In this document: positions 12,703-25,283 of the stretch, piece by piece
How positions within the stretch are numbered: position 1 is the first letter of the stretch
Layout of the letters: the number at the start of each line of letters is the position of its first letter
Assembly: GCA_964270895.1 (NCBI GenBank)
Contig: OZ185440.1
DNA from: Podarcis filfolensis
Taxonomy: Eukaryota
Reading direction: 5' to 3' (one strand)
Length of the DNA stretch: 64,000 bases
Notes under the pieces: generated by a model
Seen by the model: only the letters and a program-made list of their open reading frames with translations
What the model was told of the DNA's origin: nothing
Database searches by the model: none
Program-made: the position numbers and the translations under genes

Positions 12703-15700
12703 CTATACCCACTTCAACCACACTCACCTCTGGCATGTGGCTCTTGGCAGTATGGCTAACCATTGGGCTGAAATGTATTTGCCACCCCTGAAGAAACTGG
12801 ATGCTCCTTCATAGGGTAGTTTCTCCTCCTGAATGTTCTGTCAGTGATACAACTAGACATGAGAAGTATTATCACCAAATTCCCGAATAACCATTAAAAA
12901 TGTATAATTCTAGTTTGAGCAACCACATACTAGGTCTTTTAGTTGCAGCAATAATGAAGTGATGCATACTGTGTGTGGGTTGTTAACGTCTGTCTTCCTA
13001 CCCTTCGGATTTGCGATGCAGTGATTTTGGCTACTACCGCCCAGAAAACCATTCCAAGTGTGTGGAGCAGCCAGAGCTGAAGGGGCATGACCTAGAATTT
13101 TGTCTATATGGGAAGCGAGAGCGGCTAAAGACCAGCGGGTAATTTTCTATGATTATAATAGTCAGTATTATTGATGGAGGAGATGGCTTGGTCCTGTGTG
13201 CATTTGTTTTTATAAAACAAATATGTGTTGGCTACTGGGAAGAGGACTATCTTCTGATGCCCTGCTGTAAAATTATTCTCTTCCTCTCTCTGAACACGCT
13301 GTGTTTCTGGAACAGTAAGAATCTCCCTTAGAATCAAAATATGCCCCTTGCTGTTGTGACCATGGCACTATATCTCCCAGTAGAAGATGTAGTATAGCCA
13401 TCTGTAATACATTTAAGGTGATTCATTCTGTATTGGGTGGGGAGATAATTCTCTAGATAGAACTATCTTGGCTTATAAATTCTGTGGACCAGAAGCAGCT
13501 GAAATAATTTAGCATGACATGTGCATTTATTATTTGAGGATTCTTGACTTTCATGTTATGTGACTTCCATGTTGTCTTGGAGGCCACTGCAGCCCTATAG
13601 ACCTGACATGCATACCCCTCTAGGTGCCCAGCCCTGAAAGAATCATGGCTTTGGGGAATGTCGGACAGGTGATTTGAGGATACCCACCTGGCAATGGTGA
13701 AACCATGTTCTCGACTTCCCACTGATGCTTGGACATGAAGGGGTTAGCTAATTTTAGGTGGCTTGGAGAGCTGTCACTAATAAAAGAAGCTTCGCAATAA
13801 TAGATTATTGAGACTCCTGTTGAATTTCAGATATCGGAAGATCCCAGGAGACAAATGTGTTGGTGGGGAAAATCCCATCCGTGAAGAGACTGATCTGAAG
13901 AAAAAATGCACTAGCAACTACTTGAACTCAAGCCAGCTGGTAAGTTTTAAAAAATGCAGAAAGAACTGTAGTGGGGCAAAGAGATAGAGGAAGGGTGGGC
14001 AACCTTTTTCTCCTGTCAAGGGCCATATATCCTTGGGTTATTCTGTGTGAGGCCACATGCTGGCAGAGGAAGACCACTGGTGAGTGGAATCATCCCTTTT
14101 TCTCTCTCTGAACCCCCTTCTCTTTTTCCTTCCCAGTGTGCTAGAGTGACAGATCACTCTTGTCAGAGGCCTGCAGTGATGGCATGCAGGGGGTCAATTG
14201 AAATTGGGCTGGGGGCTGCATATAGTTCAAAGGCTGCAGGCTGCCTGTATATATGAGAGGGAGAAAGAGAGTAATTTAACCAATGTAAAAAGAGTGCTTG
14301 AAAAACAGCCCATTTGTAGTTAATATTTGAGAAGCAGTTTTTCTTAAAATGCTTTGCCAATATTAACCTTGACTCTGTTCAAGCAGTAAAATGAATGAGC
14401 TTTCCAAATTGGCTGCTGAAGCTGCGGTTTGGCATTCTGAACTAGGTAGTCAAATTTCACCCTTTCCAAAATCAGCTGTTTCATTCTCTCTCCCCAAATC
14501 TTTATAGTCCTCCTGTGATCCATGCAGGACAAGAGAGTAAGTTCTTGAGGTATGGAGAATATGCTAGGAGAATCATTATAGAAATGACTCGGTAATTGAA
14601 GTGATTTAATAATTTGTCATAAAATCTTAATGCATCTCTCTCTTTTCTTTCTACAGTCTACTTCCTCCAACTCCACTCCAGTCATCCTGGCTGTAATAGG
14701 CTTGATGCTTATGACTGCTGTAGCTGGAGTAGTCATCATTAAGAAATACGTTTGTGGAGGAAGGTGAGCCTTGGGAAGGGATTGGCAAGATCATTCTTAC
14801 TTTTAACTATCATTCAGTTATTTTTATGCTGCCTTTCAGTGCCAGAGACTCTCCCACCACAGAATTAAGAGCATGAAACCAATTCAAAACAGGAAAACAG
14901 TAGCCATGTAACATAACACATACATAAAACAGCAGGAGTTGTAACTATAAAATCACCAACCTTATTCAGTTAAAAGCAGATTGGGATAGTGAAGTCAGTA
15001 AGGCCCATTTAAAACAAGCCAGAGAGGCTTCTGTGGGAAGGAGTTCCACAGGGACAGGGCCATCCTGAAAGGTGCTCTTATGTTTGTCGACTTGATAGAT
15101 CTTAGTGGTAGGCCTTTGTGGCTGGTCTTGGAGCCCAAACAGAAGTGTAAGCAATTGTTCAAATTACCAGATCCCAAATGCTTTAGGACTTTAAAACGAG
15201 TGCTTTAGATTGGACCTGAAAATACATTGGCAACCACTGTAGTCAGTACAGATAAGGCTTTATATCAGACTACAGCTGTTTATGGGGGCCAAGCAGTCTG
15301 CACCAGCTGGCACTTCTAAATTGTCTTTAAAAGCAGACCCACGTACAGCACATTATAACCCAATCTGATGTAACCAGGGCATGAATTACCATAGTCAGAT
15401 CCACTTTCTTCACAAAGAAATGCCACTGGCAAATTGACCAGAGCCCATAAGGAGTGCCTGACAACTGATGTCATGGGTACCTCCATAAACTGCTCTGAGT
15501 CTAGGAGAACCCCCAAACTGCAAACGTGATCATGGCAACCCTGGTCACAACATTCCTAGATCAGCAGGCTTGCCTGCCCACAGTACCTCTGTCTTGCCCG
15601 ATTTTGAGCTTCCCATAGACATCTAGTTGGCTGCTGTGAGAAGAGGATGCTGAACTAGATGGGCCATTGGCCTGATCCAGCAGGCTCTTATATTCTTGCC

Positions 15701-16415
15701 TTCATCCCTCATCCATCCCAATACCTGTTCCACAACTTTGCTAGGAGAGATAAAACTACATGCCAGCTGCATACTTACAACACTTTAGCCCAAAATGACA
15801 GATGGATTCATGTAGCATTGTTGCACTGCCAGGTTTTTTTTGTTTTTTTGTTTTAAATCCTATATAGGTTCTAAAGATACCCAATGTTTATTGGCTTAGA
15901 CCAGATAAAACAGCCAGAGAAATGGTGTCTCAGCAGCAACTGATATAAAGTTCTTCCAAAAGTCTCTGGACGTTATATTCACTTCTGTTCAAAGAATGCT
16001 TGCCCATAGGGCCAAGTTCATTTCATGTGTGTTTGTCATGCCCCTAGGTTTCTGGTTCACCGATACTCTGTCCTGCAGCAGCATGCGGAAGCGAACGGCT
16101 TTGATGGCGTTGACACACCAGATGCCAATAAAACGGGCTACCATGATGATTCTGATGAGGCAAGTGATTGTAACTGATGTGTATGTGTGCACACCATGCA
16201 TCTTTCTGAGCAGTACATGTTGGGTTAGAAAGATAAATTTGAACCCCAAGCATGTGATTTTGGCTTATGTCACTTTGAAAAAGAAACAGCTGTATATCTC
16301 TGGGGGGCTAAGTGCGTTGTATTTGCCACAGCAAAACCGCAAAGAATCATGATCATCAAATGTTAACCAGAAGTATTATCTATCCCTCTTTTCTTCCCAG
16401 GACCTTCTGGAATAG
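32..16415 (+). CDS. SORT1: Sortilin (Vps10p-domain receptor), 5'-partial: join(32..196,1560..1633,2137..2186,3004..3134,3842..3986,4508..4663,5892..5998,6697..6799,7025..7193,8394..8584,9551..9740,13022..13138,13831..13939,14657..14763,16048..16159,16401..16415)
   Basis: Sixteen exons with AG acceptors and GT donors (one GC) splice in consistent phase. The joined protein is colinear with vertebrate sortilin: [59 protein letters not shown], 10CC cysteines, TM helix, tail [10 protein letters not shown]...DDSDEDLLE*. Earlier exons lie upstream of the window. Confidence 0.97.
1020..1500 (+). mobile_element. Degenerate L2 LINE 3' fragment
   Basis: ggccccaattcaaagtgttg... and the L2-type end tgtaaaccaccttgag; boundaries approximate. 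Confidence 0.55.
1560..1633 (+). CDS. SORT1: SORT1 exon ([25 protein letters not shown]), 74 nt
   Basis: ttttcag|GGC...TG|gtgagc. Confidence 0.95.
1975..2060 (+). mobile_element. Degenerate tRNA-derived SINE head
   Basis: agcttggcagtagagcacctgcc...gtcccagatttcatccctg. Confidence 0.5.
2137..2186 (+). CDS. SORT1: SORT1 exon ([16 protein letters not shown]), 50 nt
   Basis: ttccag|G...A|gtaagt; phases match the neighbouring exons. Confidence 0.93.
3004..3134 (+). CDS. SORT1: SORT1 exon (ADLGLLEL...[10 protein letters not shown]), 131 nt
   Basis: cacaag|AA...AAG|gtagga. Confidence 0.95.
3842..3986 (+). CDS. SORT1: SORT1 exon (GNTRRIHVS...MHVDEPG), 145 nt
   Basis: cactag|GGC...G|gtgaga. Confidence 0.95.
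4508..4663 (+). CDS. SORT1: SORT1 exon ([12 protein letters not shown]...SVLSE), 156 nt
   Basis: ttgcag|AT...G|gtcagt. Confidence 0.95.
5892..5998 (+). CDS. SORT1: SORT1 exon ([13 protein letters not shown]...KNKEK), 107 nt
   Basis: aatcag|AT...AAG|gtttgt. Confidence 0.95.
6697..6799 (+). CDS. SORT1: SORT1 exon ([34 protein letters not shown]), 103 nt
   Basis: ttacag|TGC...G|gtaatg. Confidence 0.96.
7025..7193 (+). CDS. SORT1: SORT1 exon (SVGDAIS...PINVIK), 169 nt
   Basis: ttgcag|GA...AA|gtatgc. Confidence 0.96.
7298..7433. mobile_element. Palindromic hAT-type MITE
   Basis: TIRs cagtgtt...aacactg; internal inverted ggactacaactccc/gggagttgtagtcc; 8-bp TSD ct[a/g]tagaa. Relatives near 5041, 9895, 28210, 30310, 41030, 42270 and 54640. 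Confidence 0.8.
7718..8207 (-). mobile_element. CR1 LINE 3' fragment
   Basis: Minus frame [43 protein letters not shown] plus the CR1 3' UTR. Confidence 0.9.
8394..8584 (+). CDS. SORT1: SORT1 exon (FSTDEGQCW...LLNRE), 191 nt
   Basis: tttcag|G...T|gtgagt. Confidence 0.96.
8690..8935 (+). mobile_element. Non-autonomous hAT element
   Basis: caggggtcagcaaac...gtttgcctacccatg; degenerate 8-bp flanks aactagaa/aattagag; homologous to 61737..62270. Confidence 0.75.
9551..9740 (+). CDS. SORT1: SORT1 exon (10CC-a: [12 protein letters not shown]...GDFL), 190 nt
   Basis: ccttag|GT...TG|gtatgt; contains GCILGYKE and CQNGRDY. Confidence 0.96.
10427..10594. mobile_element. Palindromic MITE
   Basis: ~40-bp inverted ends gctgtgtacacaccatacatttaaa.../...tttaaatgtatggtgtgcacacagc. 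Confidence 0.7.
12658..12700. repeat. (GT)~21 microsatellite
   Basis: Direct reading. Confidence 0.97.
13022..13138 (+). CDS. SORT1: SORT1 exon (10CC-b: [13 protein letters not shown]...KTS), 117 nt
   Basis: atgcag|T...GG|gtaatt. Confidence 0.95.
13831..13939 (+). CDS. SORT1: SORT1 exon (YRKIPGDKC...NSSQL), 109 nt
   Basis: tttcag|A...CTG|gtaagt. Confidence 0.95.
14657..14763 (+). CDS. SORT1: SORT1 transmembrane exon ([35 protein letters not shown]), 107 nt
   Basis: ctacag|TCT...AG|gtgagc; hydrophobic helix. Confidence 0.95.
14815..15532 (-). mobile_element. Degenerate L2 LINE fragment
   Basis: gggaaggagttccac, attggcaaccactg and ccccaaactgc motifs typical of the squamate L2 3' region in reverse; boundaries approximate. 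Confidence 0.6.
16048..16159 (+). CDS. SORT1: SORT1 cytoplasmic-tail exon ([10 protein letters not shown]...GYHDDSDE), 112 nt, GC donor
   Basis: cctag|G...GAG|gcaagt; YSVL YxxPhi motif. Confidence 0.93.
16401..16415 (+). CDS. SORT1: SORT1 last coding exon (DLLE*)
   Basis: ttttcttcccag|GAC CTT CTG GAA TAG; completes the acidic dileucine motif DDSDEDLL. Confidence 0.93.
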   Translation, partial: DLLE

Positions 16416-19400
16416 TGATATTGCAGATCTAACTAGAATTGGATTCACATGGATTTAGATGCTGCTACAGAAGGGCACGAATGCAGACGGTTCATTTTAC
16501 TTCTAATTTGAATGCCTTTTCCGTATCCAAGGGATTTTGTGTTCCTACTGCTTCCATCAAACTGTCTAAAACCAAGAAGGCTGCAAGAACTGCTTTGGGT
16601 GGGTGGGTGTAGAAGGGGGAGATACTGCAGCTCTGAATAAGGAAGAAGGGAAACCTTTTTTTAAAAAAATGTAACTTTGTTTTAATCAGATTTCTTTTTC
16701 CAACTTAAAGGAAAACTAAATAGGAATGTGAAAGCAACATTTCATTAAATATTAGCATTACTAGGTACAGCATACCTTGCTACTAGGAGAAGGCTCCAAA
16801 TCCCTGGGTGGGGGACATGTTCCACTCCAACACTGTGATGACACTGCTTTGAAGCTGTTGCAGTGTGAGCAGCACTTCTCCTAGCAAGCAGGGCAATGAG
16901 ATGCTATGGCAGGGACTGAGAAAGCTAACCAGCATCCCGGGGCTGTGTGCCAAAACAGGGTTGCTTTTCGTTTTCACTGAAGTGTAATCAACTGGGCAGA
17001 TGTATGCCGTGCAAAGCAGAGATTATTCCAAGGCTAGAAACAACTCTGTGGCTCTCCGATTCCAAGGAACTAAACTGTGAAATTGGCACGTGTGTTGCCA
17101 TAAATCTAAAAAGCAAAAGCATGGGGGTGGGGGTGGGGGTAAATTTATCAACTGTAAGACTAAGTATACAGATATTCCAGAAATATGACTTGTTTAGAAT
17201 GTTATGAAGGAACAGAAATTGTTTGCTTTAAATCAGGTTCTTGAAGGAAAGTTTTGTTGTGCTACCGGCAGCACCATGATGTTATTAAGTGTTTCTAATT
17301 TTCATTATATTTTTAGATTATACGTAGATCAGTGGTTGCTACACATGCACCACTTTGCTACTATGTTTTTCTGACTTCTGTTCAACAGCACAGTTTGACT
17401 GTTATGTGCCATGTGGAATCATAACTATTTCTCAATATTTTTTGGGTTCACAGAGGGTATTATGAATTGAACCTGGAGAAAGTAGTAAGTTAAGTTTCTT
17501 GAACTCAGTAGCTAAAAGTTGGCCTGTTGGGATGTGAATTGGCGACGGAGGCACCCCACTCCAGTAGCTATTATAGTAAGAATCAAGGGATTCTTACTAT
17601 GGGAATCCATAGAAACACAAAGTATTGAGCCAGTGCATGGCATAGGTAATATTCGGCTTCTGTTGCTTTGAAGGGACTGAGATGCTTGGAGAGACATGTT
17701 TGAACTTGAAAGACCTTCATAACATTCAGTAATGTATTTTCTTGAATTTTGGTCCCCAGTGGTACTTTTTACATTTATCTTAGGACTTTGTTCTATTCCA
17801 GCATAGGTGAGTGATTAGTCACAATTTGTCCACACTTCCTGCTGCATTTCCCCAGGGAAAACCACTCTTTTGTGCTTGATCGCAACAAATGGCAATTCGG
17901 GTTGGGTTGCCATTTGTTAAGATCTATTGCTAAAGAGCGGTTTTCCCTGGAGGAAAGCAGCAGGACAAGAGGAAGTGTGGATAAGCCCCTAGACAAAATA
18001 TGTTTCCCCACTCACCTGTGTTGGGAGCGTGGCAGGGTCTGAATACCTTCCACATACCACCTGCACCCTTAATCTTGCTATGAACGCCTATACTGGAACT
18101 TGCCCCACTCTGCTTTTATTCCCCAAGTGTTCCTGCTGGTGAGGCAGCACTACCAGGAAGGTCTCACTGGAGGTTTCAGGCTGAGGCTGCCTTTGCTCCC
18201 TTGTGGTGCTAGGACATGCATCCAGACACGAGGAGCCCTGGGACACATAGTATATTTTCCCCAGGGTCTCTGGTGTGTGTGATGCTTAAGGACCACCTTC
18301 CCCTTACCCAGCCCCAGTACTTCCCTAAGATTATCAGAGGAAAACTTGCTGGTAATGCTGCAACCTGCTGAGTGTCATCCAGCGACAGTCTGGAAGTGGT
18401 CCTTCTCCATAGTGGCATCTACCCTCTGAATGCCACGCTTCGCAATTTTTCAGGAGGCATTGAATGTTGGGTATTTCCACCATTAATCAGTTTAACTTGC
18501 CTTTCTTCAAAGAATCAGGATTTGTTAGATATTCAGTGGCTATCAATTATGCCCTAGTGGTTAGGACATGTTGCTAAAGTCACAGAGCTTTCCACCCTCT
18601 TTTTGGCAATAATGAGAGTCAGAAACATGAAATAAAGTGTCTGTCCTGGATTTGTTTTTCCCACAGTTACTTTGGCTTTACTGTGCTTTTTTATTGGGCC
18701 CTTACTTCCTCCCTTACATCACTGCATCATTTGATTATATCTCAGGGTGTTATTGTCTTCCTTGGTATAAAATTATTTTGTCCCTTGCAGAAGGTACCAA
18801 CAAGGAACACATGGCAAGGAGGAACATTTGTCCCTGGAAGACACTTGTAGCTTATTCCACTTCTTGTTTATTCTCACTCCATTTAACCTGGTACAGAAGC
18901 ACACTCGCATGTAAATAAGAGTGCTGTTTACAGTCAATATTAAACTCACAGCAACTCAACCAGGAACTGAAGGGGGCTCAATAACCTTGTGTCTGACAGC
19001 TGCTCCAAAACCCCTGCTCTTAACATATTTGAACTTCTTGTGTACATCTGTTCTGTGCAGAGCCAGGTTCAAATCGCTTTACTATCCATGTGATGTGGCT
19101 GAAACTCTTTTAAGTGCTGGGCTGGGATTGTGATGGAAAGCCTGTAATGTAGCTGGTGATGACCTTTTCCATTTCACTGAGAACATAATCTGACTACTTA
19201 CTCTTGCTATTATATGTCCTATTTTCTATGTTTATTAAAGCATCTCTGGAAGGGTGGTTAGGTAAGGGAGTTCATTACTGGGCATGACCTGTTCCATTGC
19301 TCCATTTCTGTTGATTCCCCTCTCATAAGACACTCTACATTGTGGCACATTGGCTTATAAAGTGAGAGCATTCAAGGAACTAGAAACCTCAATAAACTAA

Positions 19401-19840
19401 CCAGGTCCTTGTTACTGTCACACATTTGCTGCCATACACAACAGTAGCCTTGTCCTCCATAGTGTTGAGTATGTAGGTAACACTGCATTTTCGTCACTGC
19501 TCTAAGGGTGCTGCCTAAGTGACAAAGCAGTCCTGGAAATGTTGCCATTGCATGAGCTTTGAAGTATCATTGTCTCCCTGATGTGTCTGTAAGGCAGACC
19601 AGACCAGACCATGTGCATAATGGCTGTAAAATATAACATAACAAAAAGCCATAGCTAACACACTCCTCTACACACAATTTCTTAAGATGTACAGTCTGAG
19701 GCAAGATGCAGAAGAAAAATAAAGGAGCCATGTATAGAGTTTGTAAATAAGCCTGGCTATATTATAAATTTGTACTGGTATTTTTCTGTATATTTGCAAT
19801 ATTTGGGTTAGAAATAAAGACAAAAATTGGGCTTTTATGT
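16416..19840 (+). other. SORT1: Probable long SORT1 3' UTR, with candidate poly(A) signal AATAAA at 19813..19818
   Basis: No recognisable transposon after the stop codon. AATAAA is followed by a T/GT-rich downstream element (ttttatgtggtctgcc). Other AATAAA hexamers occur earlier, so the end point is inferred. Confidence 0.45.
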
Positions 19841-21799
19841 GGTCTGCCTTTACTCTTGTGAGTGTGAAACCTTGCTGAAACCCGATCATAAGGAGCAACG
19901 TACATCATTTAGCCATTTTTTTCAGGGCGGCTGCTCAGCACTGAGCAACTTAAGAGCCTGCTGGATCAGGCCAATGGCTCATCAAATCCAAAGTGGCCAA
20001 CAAGATGACTCTGGGAAACTCTCAAGCAGAACTGGAATAGTTTCCAGCAACGTTTTCAAAAGAATTTCTCCCTCTGACTGCAGGCAGAGCACAACCATCA
20101 TGACTTGTAGCCGCTGATAGCCTTAACCTCTATGAGTTTTTCTGACTCTTTTAAAGACTTGGAGTGAGTTCCATAGGTTAATCTTATCCTGAGATAAACA
20201 TAAGAAGTAAAGGTGTAGTTTTGTCTCTAGGACTGGCCTGTTCATGTGGCAGACTAAAGCAGCTGCCTTGGGTGGCAGAATCCAAGGAGCGGCACTGCTG
20301 TGGGCATCCTACCCTCCCCCAAAGAAGCGGCTGCGGTGGGTTCTGGCAAGATCTTGGAAGAGCACTGCAGTTACCCCACCTACCCACCGCTGCTACTGCA
20401 GAATTGAGATGTGGCGGGTTTGGGGTTCCAGTGAGATCTCACAAACAGCCCTGTGAAATCTTGCCGCAACATGTAAGTCACTGTGCAACCCCAGTAAGCA
20501 AGGCTGCAATGGGGTTGGGTGTGCAGGCTGGTCCTTCCCTTTTTCGTCTCCGGCAATAAAATGGGATAGGCAACCCCTGTCTGTCTATGGTTTCTAGCAC
20601 TGCCTTTCCTGTCCTGGATATGGATGGGAAAAGAAGAGGCAACAAGAAGACTGTCTTGCCATCTTATGCCTGGCTGTACTTCACTTGCACAGCTACCCTG
20701 TTAGAGATATTGCAGTTCCCTTTCCCATGTGAACAGCCTGCAGTGTTTCATCTGCATTACAATTTCCCAGATAGTTCTAGAGGTTGGAAGGTGTGTGTGT
20801 TTGACCATTCAGCCCAGGGTATATCTCTAGGGTGTGCTTTTGAACCTTGCAGAGTTTCATTTCCCCTTACTCTACAACCTGTTTTAGTAAGATGATCTAC
20901 TGTGAAATTATTTCCTTGGACGTAAAGTAAAAGCTGCTGCTGACCATTTCAGTGGCAAAGCTTTGGAATATGTAGACTCTTCCACAATAAGGGCTGGCAA
21001 CATCGGCTCAAAGCTTGGCTCCATGTTTTCCTACACAGAAAGGAGGGCTAAGAAAAGACTGGTACTTTCTCTCCCCCTGCCCCAGACACCCACTTCTCAC
21101 ACCCAGCACAGGCACCTGTGAATTCCTGGCATCAGATGCACCTTAAGGGCATGGCATGCCCTTCATTTACTTCAAGACCCTAACCTATTTCTGCAGTAGC
21201 ACAGCAGTTGCTTGTATGTCCTGTGCAAAGAATGTGTTTGCTGGTATACAGAGTCTTAAGATGGAATCAGAAAGTGGCAAATGAGGAACGGGGGACCTGG
21301 GCTGCTGCTTTTCAATACAAAGAGAAGCAGTGGAAAAAGGGTGACACATCTTGGGGATATTTTTAAGCTCCCCCCCCCCCAGTCAGGGTTCTTAGAGGTG
21401 TGCATGCCACAAATCAAGTTGGAAACTTCAGTACGTGGGGAAGATTTTTAATTCCTTCTGCAGCTGCTACTTTTCCCTTGCAAGTTAGGCCTCCCCAAGG
21501 ATTCCAGACCCATATTTGCTGCTTAATGTCTTATCCCATTCTGAGGATCAAGCCACAAAACCACTCGCAAGTCCCCACTTTTTATGTGCTGTTTTTGTTT
21601 TATTCTTGATATTTCTGATATTTCTTATCTCTGTGGTGTTCTTCCTCCCCACCCCACCCCATCTTCTTCATTTTGTGCTGTATGTACAAAATAGAAATTT
21701 TGTGTGTGCCTGAAACTTATACCTAATTTTTATTTATATTTGTATCTGTCTGCCTATTATCTGTCTGTCTATCTATCTAAACTTTCTATATATAGCACA

Positions 21800-21841
21800 C
21801 CCACCCACCCACCCACCCACCCACACACACACACACACACC
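21800..21841. repeat. Compound (CCCA)n(CA)n microsatellite
   Basis: Direct reading. Confidence 0.9.
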
Positions 21842-24800
21842 CGGCCTGGATAGTTTGTTTGAAACAAACTTGCACACTTCACTAGGAGAGTGAAGTTAGC
21901 ATAACAAGTTTACCTTTGCTCAGAGCATGCCATGTGCACAGGGGAAAAGCAAAAGGTGTGAGCCTTGAAGACATCCACTCTGAAACAAAAACAGGCAGCA
22001 AGACCTTCATTAGCATCTCTCCAGTGGTTGGAACAGGCTGGGTCATGTCACGAGTTGCTTTCCACCTGCCAGCCCTCCAAGACATCTTTTGACTAATAAT
22101 GTCAAAAACTGTGTGACTTGAAATATAATACAGAAATAGATCTACTTGAAAAATGGAAGAGTAATTCGAGAACGTCTCCTTTAAACTCTTGTGGCCCATG
22201 TGGGGTCAAGACTTGGGGACCCATCACAAGCATTCTCATAATCCTTTCACTGCATATACACTGTAAATGTTTGATAGGCAAACATTTAAACAGAATACAG
22301 CTGGCCAGTGCTATTTTTCTTGAAAAAGAGGTGCTGGAACTCACTGTGAACACCTCCCTTGTTCTCTTGTAATGGCAATGTGGTCCACCTGAGAGGTGCC
22401 AGAACTGAGTTCTGGCAAGTTCTGGCTGAAAAAAAGGCCTTGCAGCTGGTCCATATTAAGGGGAGGGGAAAGGATCGAGTGGCTTTTTGCAATGCCTCTT
22501 CGATCCCCTAACTCACTCTTCTATTGCAACACTGCAAGTTTGCTTCCTGCAATCTGCCTGTTGTTTTCCGCTTTAAAAGGATGCCCTTTTCAGAGTTTCT
22601 TTTTATTCTAAAGGACAGAATATGGCACCAAAGAATGAATGGGAAATTGCTCATGTGGACTGCAATGGATATGAGTTACGTCACACAACCCTACCAATGA
22701 CCTTCTTTCCCATAAGGAAAAATGAAGTACACCCCAAAGTATAGCACCTCTTTTTGGCACACACACTTCCCCCCCTCTCTTTAAAAGTGGACACTGTAGA
22801 ATTAACAAATGCCAGATCCAAACTATAAGAGTGAGCTCATTGGCTACACGGGATCAAGTGTGACTAAACCATTTGGGGGGCTCCTAGCCCCAAACCCACA
22901 TTGCCACTAGTTTTTCCAGTATTTTCTTGTATTGTGAGTTGTTCTATGTAACCACTGCATTTCTGTACTATCCTGTACTAAGTTCTTCTGTACAAAGAAC
23001 TAATGGCAGCTTACATGTGGTTATTCCATCAACTACATGTATAAAAAAATATACATACCTGAAGGTACTTGGCTCTGAATTTAATATTTTTTCCAGCTAC
23101 TTCCCCCATTCCTAGATGCCTTTAAATGCTTGGTGATGGTGCATGTCTGCTCAGCAGAAGCCCCTGAACCCTCGCCCTTTTATCAATCTGTTCCCAAAGG
23201 GATGGTCCCTAAACTAATTCTAATAGTAATAGTTCACTTTCAAGAAGTTAAGTTTTGCCAGCAGAGATGGAGGGGTAGAATGGCTCACTCCATCCTAGGT
23301 TGATTTCTGCTCCAATATGATGAGGCAAATGATTCTCTCTGAGTGAGCTGGCTGCCTTTGGTGCTCAGATGAAAGAGTGCTGATAGGCAGGTCTTCTTTA
23401 GTGGCAGCATCAGTAAGAGAGCATCCGAACCACTTGGGGTGTATGTGTTTGTGTATGTCTATGTGTTTGTGTATGTGTATGTGTCAGTCTGCAGAGGTTC
23501 TGAAAAGAGACGGAAGACAAGGCAAAAGGAAAATGCTCCAGACTCCAGCGTAATTTACACATCCATTTGCTTTGTTTTCTAAGTGGTATCCGGTTCAGAC
23601 ATCAACAGTGAGGTATGATCCTTTGCTTCCACAGATCCTCTCATTGTTAAATCCTTAGTTTTAAAGTTTCCCTTCCGGATTGTTGAACTTGTCCCTCCAT
23701 CCTAAACATGTTAAACAGTAGAGATCAGATGCATTGTTCACACTGGGCCATTTCATATGTGTCCTACAGAGGATGCATTTCTTTGTGGGAAAGAAAGAAG
23801 ATGATCTCAACACGCTATTGGTGACACAGAAATGAATCTGATATTTTTAAAAAAATCTGTTGGATTTGAAAATCTGTTGGACAGAGATTGGGTCCAGGTT
23901 CTTGCACTTTCAAAGTATGATGATGCAGGAGTCTGTTTTTGAAGGGGAGGGCAGTTATAATCTGAGCATTTAATATATTTATTTTTCACATTTCTATAGA
24001 ATCCAGTAATGAAAGTCCTTTGCACACTTTACAATAAATTACAAAGATCTCAGTGAAACCCCCTGTTCTGTATCTTACTACGTGGATAAAAATTCAAGTA
24101 AAGACTGTTTGTATGGAGGCTCTGTTGTGAAACTAAAGTCTGTTCTGAGAACTAGCCTTACAAGCTTCAGGCATAGCAAATAGCTCCTCTGTCCCCAGAA
24201 TACACAGTCCTGGTATGTTTTGTTGAACCTGTATCTAGACTTCTTCTTGTGATCCTTTCCTGCAAGACCCACATGATTCTTCATTTCACTTTTCATGTAA
24301 ATTCTTTATTTCCATGGAGGAAAGCACTTATACTGGGTCACTGCTAGCAATGCAGGTGTCTGGTGATCTAAAAGAGACTTGAGTAAGAGCTCATTTATCC
24401 ATGTTTGTTATTCCAGCCCCTAAGCCATACCTTGGGGTGTGAATCCTAGTGCACTTTTCACTGCAGGATATACATGGAAGTAGGCGTGCACCATAGTCCT
24501 CCTAGGACACTGTCCTTTTCACAATCATAAACTCTGGGTTGTAATTAAAGCCACTGTTTTACTTGTGCGATGGAAATAGCATCTTTCTGTACATACACAA
24601 AGTAATACAAAACAACCCTGAGACAACAACAACAACCCAAGAAAACCAATTAAATTTTACATGGGGGTGCTTTTTTGTCCTAGCCAATGTAACAGGATGG
24701 AGTAAAACATTTCCAGCAAAAACTGATACACTGAAGTGGGCATATGTGCCGAGACAGAATTTTCTGATTGAAAACAAATAAAAAAGCCATGCAATCTATT

Positions 24801-25074
24801 GATTTATTTTGGTCACAGTGGTACTTTTTTGGTTTCTTTGTCCCATCTAATGTTAATGTATTGAGATTAAAAATGCTCTGTGCCTTGTTCAAACACAAAG
24901 GAAGCAGACTTAAATGCCCCTCTGACAGACAGAAACCCCGGGAGAAGCCCATTTGCTTGGGGGGGGGCAGTGCTGTGGTCAGCTGTGCATGCTGCATGGC
25001 TTGTATATTGCAGTGAATGCCTCCCTATGTGTCAAAGATACACAATACACATAACTTTGGAGGAGACAGACTGG

Positions 25075-25077
<3 letters not shown>

Positions 25078-25111
<34 letters not shown>
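25078..25111. repeat. (GT)~17 microsatellite upstream of GPCR A
   Basis: Direct reading. Confidence 0.95.
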
Positions 25112-25114
<3 letters not shown>

Positions 25115-25283
25115 CCCTTTGGTCAAGTACAGTTGACAAGCAAGACTCCCACCATAAATTTGAACTCTGCTGAGCACTTTAAATAAGGAACACTGGGCAG
25201 AGACGAAGTACAAATGGAAAGACTCTGCTGGCACACACTGACATTCAAATAATTCAAATTTCTTCCTTCTTCCTGTGCAAGCC

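Noticed and set aside
13940-14656. Ortholog of mammalian SORT1 exon 17b
   Set aside because: No convincing acceptor/donor pair or UG tract seen in this intron.
15996-16352. 118-aa plus-strand ORF
   Set aside because: Out-of-frame overlap of the SORT1 tail exon and introns.
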